The notes under the pieces are model-generated. The model was not told where the DNA came from. It did not search any database and worked only from the letters and a program-made list of their open reading frames with translations. The position numbers and the translations under genes were made by a program. A stretch of DNA of 64,000 nucleotides from Thermofilaceae archaeon (lineage in GTDB: Archaea > Thermoproteota > Thermoprotei > Thermofilales > Thermofilaceae): positions 256,001-320,000 of the forward strand of contig JAWCCZ010000001.1 of the NCBI GenBank assembly GCA_038861545.1. Reading direction: 5' to 3'. Positions 41,345 to 51,785 of the stretch are shown here, piece after piece; within the stretch, counting starts at the first letter, position 1; every line of letters starts with the position of its first letter.

Positions 41345-43441
41345 TTAAAGGTTAAGACCCGAAACTAAAGTAAAAACTAGATAGCTGGCTATTAGTGATG
41401 ATAAAAGTGACCACGCTGTAACAGAAACAGTGTATCTAAGGCTCCCAGTTTCCTTGTATACAGTCTCAATAGTAGCTATACAAGGCATATATGTGGTGTA
41501 AAGTGTGAGTAAGGACAGAGCTTGAGCACTAGTTAACTGAAGAGACTTAAGTGCATTTATAGGGTCAGTCTTCGCGATTACCGATATAGAAAGTATTGTA
41601 GCTTCTTTGGCTATAAGTCCAGCTACGAGTGAGAAGCCGATGAGCGTTGCTTTCTCTCCTGTAATCCCAATGAAAGTTAATAGGGGTGATAGAGTATCGC
41701 CGACTGCTACCGCAAAACCGCTTAACTCAGATGTTAATGTCCATATAGCTAAGCTTAACCCGAAAATCACGATCCCAGCTCTTTTCAAGTAGTGTTCCGT
41801 ATAATCCCAAGCTATCCACCATAAAACTCTGAAAGAGGGGAAGTGAATTGGAGGTAATTCTATTAAAAGCTCCGGCAGGTCTCTTATACCGTAAAATCTC
41901 CTAGTAATCCTTGAAGTAAAGGCGAAGAGCATAAAAGCACTTGTATAGGAGATCAGCAACGCGGTAGCAGATACAAAAGGAGATGGAAAATAAGCGGAAA
42001 TAAATGCTACGATGATGGCTAATCGTGCTTGGCAGGGTATGAACGGAACCGAAAACATGAGCTGTTTCCTTTCCACCTCATCGGGTGTCGCCCGAGATGC
42101 CATCACAGCTGGGACATTGCATCCTAAACTGATTAAGAGAGGGTACACTGCTCGACCAGACAACCCTAGCCGCTGGAAGAAGCGGTGAAGCGAAGCTGCT
42201 ATGTATGGTCCTACACCACCATCCTCAAGCAGGGATAGCATGAGCAAGGCTGTGAAAATTAAAGGTAAAAAAGTGAGAACTAATCCCACTCCTTGAAGTA
42301 TTCCATCAGCAATTATACTTTTTACGAGAATAGGCAGAGAACTCCCTCTTACTAACATAGATATGTTATTAAAAACGCTTGAAATGAGACCAGCTAAGGT
42401 AAGACCCTCCAATAATTCGGCTACATCAGCCGCACCAATTGCTTTTAGGATAAAGGTTAGAGGAAAGCCAGTGTTTAGTGTGAAAATTGTTAAGTAGAGA
42501 GATAAGAGTATAAGTAATGAAACTGCTGCTCCAACTCGAGATAATAATATTTTTTCAAAGGCCCCAATATCTTCACGAAGTCGTTTTCTAACCATTGCGA
42601 TTTTACAAAGTCTATCTACAAAACAGAACCTGTACTGGATTTCTAGCTCATCAACCTCCCTACCGGTAGATTGTATAATTAAATTCCTTAACTCTTTAGC
42701 TTTCTGTATTATCTTCTCTTCTCCAACAGATTGTATTAGTGTTGAGATGTGTTCGTCGCCTTCAAGCAATTTCAACGCTACCCACCTAAGTGGAGCTTTA
42801 AAGGGTAAGTTTACGCTAGCCAATCTTTTTTCTAGTTCTTTGATATGGTTCTCGAGATAACCGTATTCTATTTTAAGAAAATTCCCAGTATTCTCCTTTA
42901 AAATTTGAAGAAGCTTGGTGATTAATTCTTCAATCCCCTCTCCTGTCACTGATGAAACAGGAACAACAGGTACACCAAGCTCGCTTTCAAGTTTACTAAC
43001 ATTTACATGAACTCCGTATTTATGGGCAATATCCCACTTGGTTAATGCTATGAGAGCTCGCCCTGTTAGCTCGAGAGCGTGGACTGCTAAGTACAGCGTA
43101 CGTTCAAGAGCCAGCGAGTCTACAAGAATTAGTAGAGCATCCCACTGACCTGTTATCAGGAAATCTCTTGCAACTTTTTCTTCTGCGCTGGTTCCTGCTA
43201 ACGAATAAATTCCTGGTAGATCAATTAAAACTATTTCTTTATCACCTACTCGAATTAGACCCTCTTTTCGCTCAACCGTAGTCCCTGGCCAGTTAGCAAT
43301 GTGAGCAATTTCCTTAGTTAAAACAGTAAATAGTGTTGATTTACCAACATTAGGGTTCCCAACGACAGCCACTTTAAAGGGGCGTGAACTCACCCCTCCA
43401 GAACATGTCGGTTCATTCGCTGTATTGAACTTCTTTTTCAT
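41345..43441 (-). CDS. feoB: Ferrous iron transporter B
   Basis: GNPNVGKS, NWPGTTVE, DLPG, GCNVPA, PCQARL. Confidence 0.96.
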   Translation of the reverse strand: MKKKFNTANEPTCSGGVSSRPFKVAVVGNPNVGKSTLFTVLTKEIAHIANWPGTTVERKEGLIRVGDKEIVLIDLPGIYSLAGTSAEEKVARDFLITGQWDALLILVDSLALERTLYLAVHALELTGRALIALTKWDIAHKYGVHVNVSKLESELGVPVVPVSSVTGEGIEELITKLLQILKENTGNFLKIEYGYLENHIKELEKRLASVNLPFKAPLRWVALKLLEGDEHISTLIQSVGEEKIIQKAKELRNLIIQSTGREVDELEIQYRFCFVDRLCKIAMVRKRLREDIGAFEKILLSRVGAAVSLLILLSLYLTIFTLNTGFPLTFILKAIGAADVAELLEGLTLAGLISSVFNNISMLVRGSSLPILVKSIIADGILQGVGLVLTFLPLIFTALLMLSLLEDGGVGPYIAASLHRFFQRLGLSGRAVYPLLISLGCNVPAVMASRATPDEVERKQLMFSVPFIPCQARLAIIVAFISAYFPSPFVSATALLISYTSAFMLFAFTSRITRRFYGIRDLPELLIELPPIHFPSFRVLWWIAWDYTEHYLKRAGIVIFGLSLAIWTLTSELSGFAVAVGDTLSPLLTFIGITGEKATLIGFSLVAGLIAKEATILSISVIAKTDPINALKSLQLTSAQALSLLTLYTTYMPCIATIETVYKETGSLRYTVSVTAWSLLSSLIASYLVFTLVSGLNL

Positions 43442-43673
43442 TTTCTTCCCTTGGCTTAACTAATACTTTAACAGCTAAACCACGACCTAGTGCAGCTGTA
43501 ACTCCTCTAACCTTTACAACTACGGGTCCAGAGAAACCATTGATAAGCACTTCGACTTCAGATCCAGGGGAGAGCCCCATTTCAAGCAGTCTTTTCTTAG
43601 CGCCTAATCCACCAGTAACCTCTACCACAAGTACTTTACTCCCAGCAGGGACATCAGCTAAGGATCGAATCAT
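43413..43673 (-). CDS. feoA: Ferrous iron transport protein A
   Basis: RLLEMGLSPG, ALGRGLA; overlaps feoB. Confidence 0.94.
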   Translation of the reverse strand: MIRSLADVPAGSKVLVVEVTGGLGAKKRLLEMGLSPGSEVEVLINGFSGPVVVKVRGVTAALGRGLAVKVLVKPREENEKEVQYSE

Positions 43674-44287
43674 TTTACCACTTTTTTCACATAAATCAGC
43701 CTTGCGATGTTTAGGGGGATACGAAGTACCCGAGTACTCACATTCACAATTACATCGCTTCCATCAAATCCAGAAACTTCGGTTAGGTCTCCCGCTTTCA
43801 AGGCTAACTTACGTCCCCAGTCAACAAGCTCACTGATTTCACCTATTCTCACGATAGTATAGGTACCTTTTCCAGCGTTGCTTAATGGTACAGCGGGTTC
43901 TGTGACGCGTGTAGGCACTGGATTACCGTGGGGGCAATGAGATGGTTTCCCCAAGTAATCGTCCAGAAGCTCAGCGAAATGGTCAACATGTTCAAGCTCG
44001 TGAGCTAAATTATGTGCTTCCCATAAGTCAACCTTCAGAACATCAGTGAGAAATCTCTCAACAACTCTATGATTGTATATGACTCTTACGGCCTTTTCGA
44101 TGCCTTTCTGAGTCAGTAAATATATAGGACCTCTTTTAATTATATAACCCTCTTGTTCAAGTTTTGATAGTATGCGGGTAGCCGTTGAAGCTTTTACACC
44201 TAAATTCTCGGCGACAAAGCTAAGCCTAGCCTCTATTCCAGCCTCGTTCAACCTGTATACAACAGCTAAGTAATCCTCGCTTCTCAT
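43670..44287 (-). CDS. DtxR/MntR family metal-dependent repressor
   Basis: SEDYL, HRVVERFL, AHELEH, CPHGNP; C-terminal FeoA-like domain. Confidence 0.94.
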   Translation of the reverse strand: MRSEDYLAVVYRLNEAGIEARLSFVAENLGVKASTATRILSKLEQEGYIIKRGPIYLLTQKGIEKAVRVIYNHRVVERFLTDVLKVDLWEAHNLAHELEHVDHFAELLDDYLGKPSHCPHGNPVPTRVTEPAVPLSNAGKGTYTIVRIGEISELVDWGRKLALKAGDLTEVSGFDGSDVIVNVSTRVLRIPLNIARLIYVKKVVK

Positions 44288-44300
44288 CTAAACCTCAAAA

Positions 44301-44332
44301 CAAAAAAATTAGGCATATACATAAATTTTTTG
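44301..44332. promoter_or_regulatory. Putative DtxR-type operator for dtxR-feoAB
   Basis: 32-bp imperfect palindrome CAAAAAAATTAGGCAT|ATACATAAATTTTTTG, 13/16 arm matches, 14 bp upstream of the ATG. Confidence 0.65.
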
Positions 44333-44345
44333 ATTAGTCTAAAAT

Positions 44346-45173
44346 TCACTTATTAAAAGCATACACGAAGGCTTGGCCGAATGTTTGCTCCGGGAAATAG
44401 ATAACCGTGTGGTAACCTCGTCGCTCAAGCTCTTCGGCAATTTCGCTTGGCTTAACGATCGGTAAATGCGCTTCTATAACAATTCTCCGCACTTTTTCCG
44501 GTTCTATGCTCCGAGACCCACTGATAAGCTCGAGCTCCGCCCCCTCAACATCTATTTTCAGAAGGTCAACATAACTTAGTGATATGAGAAGCGAATCGAG
44601 TGGAAATGCCCGCACGTAAATTCGGTGTAAAACCCCACCCATTAACTCAGCATAATCCCTACGTGTACTTGCATTAATCGGGCTATGAGGTTGGAAAAGA
44701 ACAAGCTCTTCCCAATTCACCCAAGCACATCCTTTAAGCAACCTAACATTGCTAAGATTGTTCTCAGCCACATTAAGCTTCAGAAGCTTGAAATTCTCTG
44801 GAAATGCTTCAACCGCTATTACACGCCCCATAGGCCCAACAAGTTTAGCGCTCCTTAACGTATAAAGCCCAATGAAAGCTCCTAGATCCACAACGCTCCA
44901 GCTAGCTTTAGGCCTAAAATCGGCTATAATTTCATAGTCTCGATAGTAAAACACATGGAGTATATTCCTTAGTACAGTTTCTAGGAGGCCGAGCGTAGAA
45001 TAAATGGCTAGCCCATTTTTAAAGTGCAGCCTTACAAGTAGGCGCGGGGCTAATTTTCCTATGTAGCTTAACGTGGCTAGCATCACTAAATTATCCGAAA
45101 GACAATTCATTTTCGTAGCACTGATAAGCTCGCTGAACATAACAATACGATGTGCGGTGTAGTTTTTAACCAA
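44346..45173 (-). CDS. FkbM family SAM-dependent methyltransferase
   Basis: VVDLGAFIGLY, AVEAFP, LLKIDVEGAE; true start probably downstream of 45173. Confidence 0.9.
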   Translation of the reverse strand: MVKNYTAHRIVMFSELISATKMNCLSDNLVMLATLSYIGKLAPRLLVRLHFKNGLAIYSTLGLLETVLRNILHVFYYRDYEIIADFRPKASWSVVDLGAFIGLYTLRSAKLVGPMGRVIAVEAFPENFKLLKLNVAENNLSNVRLLKGCAWVNWEELVLFQPHSPINASTRRDYAELMGGVLHRIYVRAFPLDSLLISLSYVDLLKIDVEGAELELISGSRSIEPEKVRRIVIEAHLPIVKPSEIAEELERRGYHTVIYFPEQTFGQAFVYAFNK

Positions 45174-45307
45174 TTCTCTTAGGAAGAGAGTTTACAAGCA
45201 ATACCAGCCATATAGGGGCTTTTGAATAGTCTAGTCATAACGCTACTAAGTCGATGTACACTAAACCGGTAGGAATTCTTTTTATCTCCGCCTCTATCAC
45301 TATGTTT

Positions 45308-45370
45308 AGGGGAGTGATGACTGAACTCTCATCTGAAGTTATGATTGAGTTTCTGGTCGCTGACCTCTCT
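45308..45370 (+). ncRNA. C/D box guide sRNA
   Basis: C box GTGATGA 45314-20; 12-nt guide; D' CTGA 45333-36; C'-like ATGATT; guide GAGTTTCTGGTCG; D CTGA 45360-63; partly complementary ends; intergenic. Confidence 0.75.
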
Positions 45371-45555
45371 TAAATTTCGTTAGCATAGCTTTCTTACACA
45401 TAATCTAGGTTTCGCTTAGCTATATTCTCAGGACTCTAAAGTTTCGATTAACTTTAGTAAAAATAAGGTTAATCTTAGAAGAAATATAGCTTTTTTGGTT
45501 ACTTAGAATACCGATAAACTAATTTACCAATGTTTTAGAAAGACTATGTAAACCT

Positions 45556-46197
45556 ATGCCTGGTTTGAAACTCCATAACGGTGATACGGTAGTTTTTGCC
45601 GGCGATAGTATCACGGATTGCGGGAGAATGCAGAATCCGCCTTTAGGATACGGTTACGTTTACATTTTTAACAATTTAATCTTAGCTAAGCACCCGGGCA
45701 TTAAGGTAAACGTTGTAAACGCAGGCGTTAGCGGGGATACAGTTATCGAGCTAAAGAGCAGGTGGGAAGATGATGTATTAAGTTTCAGCCCAGATTGGAT
45801 TTCTATACTTATAGGGATTAACGATATACATCGCATGCTTTCAGGTCAGCAAGGATATGACGCTGAGAACTATTATAGAAACTACAGGGATATCCTAACT
45901 TTAACTAAAAAGAAATGCGAAAGTGTGAAATTCATACTTTTAACACCTTTTTATGTAAGTAAGGCAGCAACGGAGAATACTCACCGGAAGCGGGTCCTCG
46001 AAACTATTCCAAAATACATAGAGAAGGTGAAACAACTAAGTGAAGAATTCTCGGCAATTTTTATAGATCTTCACGCAATGTTTCAATCGATGCTAATATA
46101 TCGTGAGCCTGTAGTGTACGCGCCCGAAGCTGTACACCCAAATTTTGCGGGGCACACAGCTATTGCGCTTGCAATACTAAACGTGCTTGAAAGCTAA
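45556..46197 (+). CDS. SGNH/GDSL family esterase
   Basis: FAGDSIT, NAGVSG, IGIND, EAVHP. Confidence 0.92.
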   Translation: MPGLKLHNGDTVVFAGDSITDCGRMQNPPLGYGYVYIFNNLILAKHPGIKVNVVNAGVSGDTVIELKSRWEDDVLSFSPDWISILIGINDIHRMLSGQQGYDAENYYRNYRDILTLTKKKCESVKFILLTPFYVSKAATENTHRKRVLETIPKYIEKVKQLSEEFSAIFIDLHAMFQSMLIYREPVVYAPEAVHPNFAGHTAIALAILNVLES

Positions 46198-46220
46198 AAA
46201 TAAATCTGTAGAAAAACTTT

Positions 46221-47054
46221 CTATTTTTCTAAGGCAATTGAAGCTAAAACCCATAGCTCCATTAGTCCGTAGGCTTCGATTATGTTTTTTGCAGTGTATT
46301 TCACCACTAAAGGTAATAATCTCCTAACTCCAGGGGTGAGACACGCTACATCAGCGTAAGCTGTAGAGCAAAAAGTGATGCGCAGTTCGACGGGTTCATT
46401 TACAACGAGTTTTTTCGTCTCACCAGCCTTGAACTTTTGCACAGCCTCTGCTGCACCATTTTTTAGCATGGCAACCGTTTTTTCCAAACTTGGACTACGA
46501 GCAGAGTACCTGCCGAGGCTCTTCTTCAAAGGCACTTTAACAACCCAAGGAGCGTACCTGTTAACATCGCTTTCCAGCAATGCCTCATCCCCAGCTACAA
46601 GTATTACCGGTTTGCCGTAATGTCCTGCTACGTATGCATTTAAAAGAAATTCGCTAGCTTCAACTCCATTAATGCTCACGCTTCTGATTACCCTTCCACT
46701 GTAGGTATGATCAAACGTTGCCTCTTGTGTACCAGCTTTCGCGTGATAGCCAAGGAATAGCACAGCATCTGCCTCTTCAACAGCAGTCACCATGCTGATG
46801 GGTCGGGGAAACCCTCTAATCACTTCTACATATACAGGAAATTTCTCCACATCTAGGTTAACCATACCCCCATGACTGTCGGCAACTATTACTTCAGCGA
46901 AACCCTGCCGGTGTAGTTCCTCAACTACTGTAGTGACAAGTGAAGTGGTTATTCTTCGAGATTCTTCAAACAAAGGCCTTCCAGGGGATAAGTGATCCCT
47001 AGATACGATGAAAGGCATTCCCTCTACATCCACAGAGATATATGCTTTCATCAC
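46221..47054 (-). CDS. dppA: M55 family D-aminopeptidase
   Basis: ISVDVEG, DSHG, GYHAKAG, FDHTY. Confidence 0.92.
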   Translation of the reverse strand: MMKAYISVDVEGMPFIVSRDHLSPGRPLFEESRRITTSLVTTVVEELHRQGFAEVIVADSHGGMVNLDVEKFPVYVEVIRGFPRPISMVTAVEEADAVLFLGYHAKAGTQEATFDHTYSGRVIRSVSINGVEASEFLLNAYVAGHYGKPVILVAGDEALLESDVNRYAPWVVKVPLKKSLGRYSARSPSLEKTVAMLKNGAAEAVQKFKAGETKKLVVNEPVELRITFCSTAYADVACLTPGVRRLLPLVVKYTAKNIIEAYGLMELWVLASIALEK

Positions 47055-47110
47055 TGTCTTGATATCCGGACGGCAAAAAGTATTTGTGTCAACAATGTTT
47101 ACATAAATGT

Positions 47111-48136
47111 ATGAAAAAGTTAGTAATAGCAGTAATTACGATGCTGTTTATATCAAATATAGCTATTTCTCAGACTCCTACACCTCTGTCTATTAATTTT
47201 GACAGGGACTTTAAACTGGTCATGGCTTATCCTATAGAGATAAAATACGGTAGCAGGGTAAGAGTAGTCCTGGACTTAACAGCTTTGCGAGATGCATTCG
47301 TGAATACTCTATACGTCAAGTTCGTCTTAGTGCATGAAAACGGAGCCGTCACTCTCTTCGAGAGGAGTCTCTTAGGGCCTAAGGATTTCACACAAGGCGA
47401 GCAATACCACACTTCTATAGAGTTCCAAGCCGCTATACCTACGCCTCAGCCTCCTAAGGATCCTTTCATTGAACTCACTGTAAAAATGAATTATACCGTG
47501 GACTCTACTGAGAAATTTTACGAGTATAGAGCCTCGATCTCCCTTGTGCATCGTTTAACCTACGCGGAGCTGAGTGATCAGCTAGCTAAAGCTCAGGAGA
47601 AGGCAGAGCTAGCCGACAAGCTGGCTGTTGAGCTAAACAACTTGAAGTTAAAACTGGCTAACGAGAGCGGGAGGGCAAGCGCTCTTAGCAATGTAGTGAA
47701 TGACCTGATGGCTGAGCATAAAGCCCTAATCAATAGAATTAGCGAACTAACTGGGCGAATTGGTGCAATGGAAAACGAGAATTCGGCACTTAAGGCGGAG
47801 TTAGAGTCTTTAGAGAAGGAATTAGATAGGCTGAAGTCAGAAAACGCCGCACTAAGAGAAGAAAGAAGCGGGTTATCCTCAAGATTGACAAATATAGAAG
47901 ATCTTTATTCGCTGGCAACTAAAGAGTTATCAAACTTAAAGAAAGAGTATGACAAAGTTTTAGCAGAGTCTAACAACCTTAAGATCGGTTTAGCTGTAAC
48001 GCTCACTGCTTTTGCTGCAACACTTATAACCATAATCCTGCGTAAAAGAGGTTTTAACACTAGCGGAAAACTGTTCCCACTTCCTCCACCGCCGGACAGT
48101 GTTAAAACCTCAAGTTTCATAGTGAATAACGCTTAA
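47111..48136 (+). CDS. Exported coiled-coil protein with C-terminal membrane anchor (stalk-like)
   Basis: Signal peptide MKKLVIAV; beta-rich domain; long heptad region; TM IGLAVTLTAFAATLITIIL; Pro-rich tail. Confidence 0.8.
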   Translation: MKKLVIAVITMLFISNIAISQTPTPLSINFDRDFKLVMAYPIEIKYGSRVRVVLDLTALRDAFVNTLYVKFVLVHENGAVTLFERSLLGPKDFTQGEQYHTSIEFQAAIPTPQPPKDPFIELTVKMNYTVDSTEKFYEYRASISLVHRLTYAELSDQLAKAQEKAELADKLAVELNNLKLKLANESGRASALSNVVNDLMAEHKALINRISELTGRIGAMENENSALKAELESLEKELDRLKSENAALREERSGLSSRLTNIEDLYSLATKELSNLKKEYDKVLAESNNLKIGLAVTLTAFAATLITIILRKRGFNTSGKLFPLPPPPDSVKTSSFIVNNA

Positions 48137-48177
48137 CAGAGTTCGAAAGTATTAAATAACATGAAAGTCAAAGGGTT

Positions 48178-48945
48178 GTGCTAGGCTATCTGTTGTTAGG
48201 CCTGCTTCAAGGCATCTGCGAATGGCTTCCCATCTCTAGTAAAACCGTCCTTTTTCTTGCATCATCCTTCTTACTTGGGAGGGATTTTGCTGAATCTTAT
48301 GATTTAGCTTTAGCTCTACAGGCTGGCACTATTGCCTCAGCTGTTTTATACTTCCGGAATAATTGGATGAATATGCTCCGAGATAAAAGGATTCTAATTT
48401 TCCTAGCTTTATCTACGCTGCTTACAGGGGTTATCGGGGTCCCCCTATATCTCTTCGCTAGAGAAGCTTTAGAGGGCACAATTCATCAAGTGTTCCCCAC
48501 ATTATTTATAGCGATTCTGCTGATGGCCCAGTCGCTCATAAGCCGTTTAAGTAAGGCAGGTACAAGGCATGTCGAAGATATAAAGGCCTTAGATTCTATT
48601 CTATTCGGAATCATACAAGGAATGGCCAGCTTGCCTGGAATCAGTAGGTCCGGCTCTACTGTTACTCTTCTCCTATACTTAGGTTTTGCCCCTTATGACG
48701 CGTTGAGCCTGAGTTTCGCGGCATCTATACCCGCAAGCGCAGGAGCGCTTATTACGGTACTCCTATTTAATAGAGGGATATTTTTCGAGGATTTAACTAA
48801 ATTACTTGCGGCTTTCGCTATTGCTGCAGTTACCGGCTACTTTTGCATTAAAGGTTTAATTAGGATCGCGACTAGGCACGGACCGGTTTTTTCAGGGTTT
48901 ATGGCTATTATCGCATTATTTGCAGTCTTTCTATCTTTTGTATGA
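48178..48945 (+). CDS. uppP: Undecaprenyl/dolichyl-diphosphate phosphatase (BacA family)
   Basis: QGICEWLPISS and LPGISRSGST. Confidence 0.93.
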   Translation: MLGYLLLGLLQGICEWLPISSKTVLFLASSFLLGRDFAESYDLALALQAGTIASAVLYFRNNWMNMLRDKRILIFLALSTLLTGVIGVPLYLFAREALEGTIHQVFPTLFIAILLMAQSLISRLSKAGTRHVEDIKALDSILFGIIQGMASLPGISRSGSTVTLLLYLGFAPYDALSLSFAASIPASAGALITVLLFNRGIFFEDLTKLLAAFAIAAVTGYFCIKGLIRIATRHGPVFSGFMAIIALFAVFLSFV

Positions 48946-50712
48946 ACTTAGCAGCGTGAGTAAGTGTGGCAGATCTGTGTGTTGTATTGCTGGAAAACCA
49001 AGCCTGAGAGCTTTTACCTGAGCGTAAACGTTGTTAGTAACAAGCACTGGCAAGCGGCCCGAACGTTTAGCACAGACAGCATTTCTCAGGTTGTCTTCAA
49101 CTACAATGGCTCCTTCTTTACATATATTTAAAAACATAGCTTCTTTGTAAGGGCCAACGTCGTCATCACGCCCAATTATATGTTCGCACAGCTTAGTAAA
49201 CCCAGTTTTCCGCAGGATTTCTTTAGCTGAACGTGAGGTTTGAAGCGTTGCCACTTTAATTTCCAAAGGCAGGTTATTGAAAACCGAAGGCTTCACTAAA
49301 GGCTTTGCCGCCTTAATCGCTTTAAGCTCGTTTTCCTCCACTACAGATGATGCAACTTCATATTTCTCTTTGTCGGTGATCCATAATCTCCTCAGCGCTT
49401 CTGTAACCCCCTCCCAGGGTTTTGCAAGATTTTTCTTCTGAAGAATTGCTCTAACAGTCCTCCAATCTACAGGCAAGCTCACAAGTGTACCGTCTAAATC
49501 GAATACTATTTCCCTCACTCCTGCTCTCATAGCTGAGTGAGCCCACCACCGCAGTTTATTTATGTCGCTAACGATGCTACTAATCCAACTCTTTTTCTCG
49601 CGCTGTAGCCGTTTAAGCGCCCATATGAACTGGGCTGTTACTCTGACTGTGTCGGAGAGGTCAACGTCACAGTATCCTCTGTGTGCAACTCCGGTAAGCA
49701 TGTGACCCCATACACTGGGTATTTTAGCAAGGTATCTTATGCCATCCAGGACCCAGTAGTATTTACCATTGCGGACCCTCAAGCCTGCCGCTGCCTTCTT
49801 CGCCGACTCTACTCCCTCCATGTAAGCTTTGGCTAGTATAGCAGGAAAATGATAGCCGAGAGAGACTGGTAAATCTAAGCTTCCCCAAAACTTTGGATTT
49901 AGCTCCACTACGAAGTATTCTCCTGTATCTGCAACAAACCTCGTTTCCACCATTATAGGGCCACTCCATTTTAACAGTTTCACTATTCCACGACCCAGCT
50001 TGAATAACCTCGGATCTAATACAGGGCCTTTCGCGGAGAGGCTTGCCCCACCAGCTGGGTCGTACTCAGTAATTCTTTCATGTGTAAACTCAAGGATAGA
50101 CTCACCATTAAACGCGACCGCGTAATATCCCCTGCCAATACCTGGTATGTACTCTTGAACTAAGCACGGAGCTCTTTCAGTAGCTCTCCTAGTAGCTAAT
50201 TCCATGGTAGGAAAGTACTCTGGCTTCGCGGCATCTCCTAAACCTTTTACGACCAATGGAGGCTCCAGATCTACGAGCTTGGCAATATCATTAGATCGCG
50301 CCACTGTTATCTGCTTAGGTGTCTTACCTAATTCCCTTAAAAGGTCAGGTAATTTCTCTTTATTAGAGGCGAGTTCAATCGATTCGAAACGTGGTGCTAC
50401 AAGCGTTACCTCAGTTTTTTCGAAAAGGTTTTTCCATTTCGCAAACGTAAGTACATCTATAAAATCGACAGGGATCACGAGGTCTGCCTCCCATTCTTTA
50501 GCAATTTTCGCAATAGTATTAGCCCAAGGGAGCCCACTTCGAGGATTCTTAACTACAGTTTTCTTCTCGAAAAACTTGGAGAAAACATTTGGGTGGATTG
50601 AGTGCGCCACCCCATAAACTGAAAACCCATGATTCCTTAGGGACGACGAAAGTGGTAAAGCTTTCCTAGAGGCTATGGAAGCTAGAAGTACTTTGCTCAT
50701 GCTCCTACCCAT
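48931..50712 (-). CDS. ATP-grasp ligase fused to C-terminal HAD phosphatase
   Basis: LVQEYIPG, VVELNPKFWGS (ATP-grasp); VFDLDGTLV, VAT and VVEDN (HAD motifs). Confidence 0.87.
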   Translation of the reverse strand: MGRSMSKVLLASIASRKALPLSSSLRNHGFSVYGVAHSIHPNVFSKFFEKKTVVKNPRSGLPWANTIAKIAKEWEADLVIPVDFIDVLTFAKWKNLFEKTEVTLVAPRFESIELASNKEKLPDLLRELGKTPKQITVARSNDIAKLVDLEPPLVVKGLGDAAKPEYFPTMELATRRATERAPCLVQEYIPGIGRGYYAVAFNGESILEFTHERITEYDPAGGASLSAKGPVLDPRLFKLGRGIVKLLKWSGPIMVETRFVADTGEYFVVELNPKFWGSLDLPVSLGYHFPAILAKAYMEGVESAKKAAAGLRVRNGKYYWVLDGIRYLAKIPSVWGHMLTGVAHRGYCDVDLSDTVRVTAQFIWALKRLQREKKSWISSIVSDINKLRWWAHSAMRAGVREIVFDLDGTLVSLPVDWRTVRAILQKKNLAKPWEGVTEALRRLWITDKEKYEVASSVVEENELKAIKAAKPLVKPSVFNNLPLEIKVATLQTSRSAKEILRKTGFTKLCEHIIGRDDDVGPYKEAMFLNICKEGAIVVEDNLRNAVCAKRSGRLPVLVTNNVYAQVKALRLGFPAIQHTDLPHLLTLLSSYKR

Positions 50713-51766
50713 AAAGGCTAAGCCAGTGTTCGCATATGCTCAAACAGTTCGTCAGCCACGCTCCCCTACTTTTGAAAAATGATAACATTTTTCTATACAT
50801 CCTGCTCCATTCTCCGTAAAGAAGCTCACTGAAAGTATTGTTATGCCATAAAATTGTCAAGACGCCTCCGATTTTTTCGACAGTAGCTGCTAGCTTTTTT
50901 ATCAAATCGAACGCCTCTTGTGGTTGTACATGCATGTAACCCCAAAACGTGGTATCCATAATAGCCAGTGGGATTTCCAGTATAGCAATCTCTCCATCAT
51001 CAACAACTGGTTTAAACGGATAACACATTCCATTCCTAAATCCCGGTGAATCGGGGAACGCCAGTGTAGTGTCGTATTTAAAACCAGCTGCTTCTACAGC
51101 AAGCCACGTCGAGGGGTAGGTAAATCTCAGGTAATGCATACGCACACCAGCTACCTTGTAGCCCTCTAACATGCTTTCAAGGATTGCTTTCTCCTTTGCC
51201 AGGACTTCGGGTTTATCATGGGAGAGGTATCCGCCATGTAGTCCGACCTCCCACCCCTCGCGGATTATCTTGCCTAGTTCACCTGCTAGGAACTCTAAAT
51301 CATAGTATTCCTCGTATCGTTCCTCCAATAATTCTCTGGGTGTTGCTTTCACCAAAAAGCTTGAGGTAGCTGAAAATTCCTCCTCGATTTTAACGATTTC
51401 TCTAAGAGAGTAAGGATTGTACAAACGCCATTTACTAGCGGTACCAAGCTTCCAGAGCAACATTATGCTCAGGTTATGCTTACTGCGAGCTGACTCTAAT
51501 GCTTTTTTAACATGCCTTGAAGGCGGATATGCCCAATCTACATCGTGAGTTAAGCACACGGCAAAGCGCTTCCCCCCTGGCCACGTTATTTGGAAACCCT
51601 TCTCGTAAAGGTTTTCGGAAACAGTAGGAACTAAATGGTTTCCGTTGACGCTTTTTGCCAGTACTCGACCATGTTCATCCCTAGGTACTCCGATTTCTCT
51701 CTGTAGACTGAAAATCCTCCAACTTTCGCTGTCTAAATTGCTCCTATTGAGCGACACTTTTCTCAT
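50705..51766 (-). CDS. Polysaccharide deacetylase family protein
   Basis: CLTHDVD, EVGLHG, RMHYLRF, YDTT, GFRNG, ILWHN. Confidence 0.9.
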   Translation of the reverse strand: MRKVSLNRSNLDSESWRIFSLQREIGVPRDEHGRVLAKSVNGNHLVPTVSENLYEKGFQITWPGGKRFAVCLTHDVDWAYPPSRHVKKALESARSKHNLSIMLLWKLGTASKWRLYNPYSLREIVKIEEEFSATSSFLVKATPRELLEERYEEYYDLEFLAGELGKIIREGWEVGLHGGYLSHDKPEVLAKEKAILESMLEGYKVAGVRMHYLRFTYPSTWLAVEAAGFKYDTTLAFPDSPGFRNGMCYPFKPVVDDGEIAILEIPLAIMDTTFWGYMHVQPQEAFDLIKKLAATVEKIGGVLTILWHNNTFSELLYGEWSRMYRKMLSFFKSRGAWLTNCLSICEHWLSLYG

Positions 51767-51785
51767 ACACTATTTTTGAACATAT

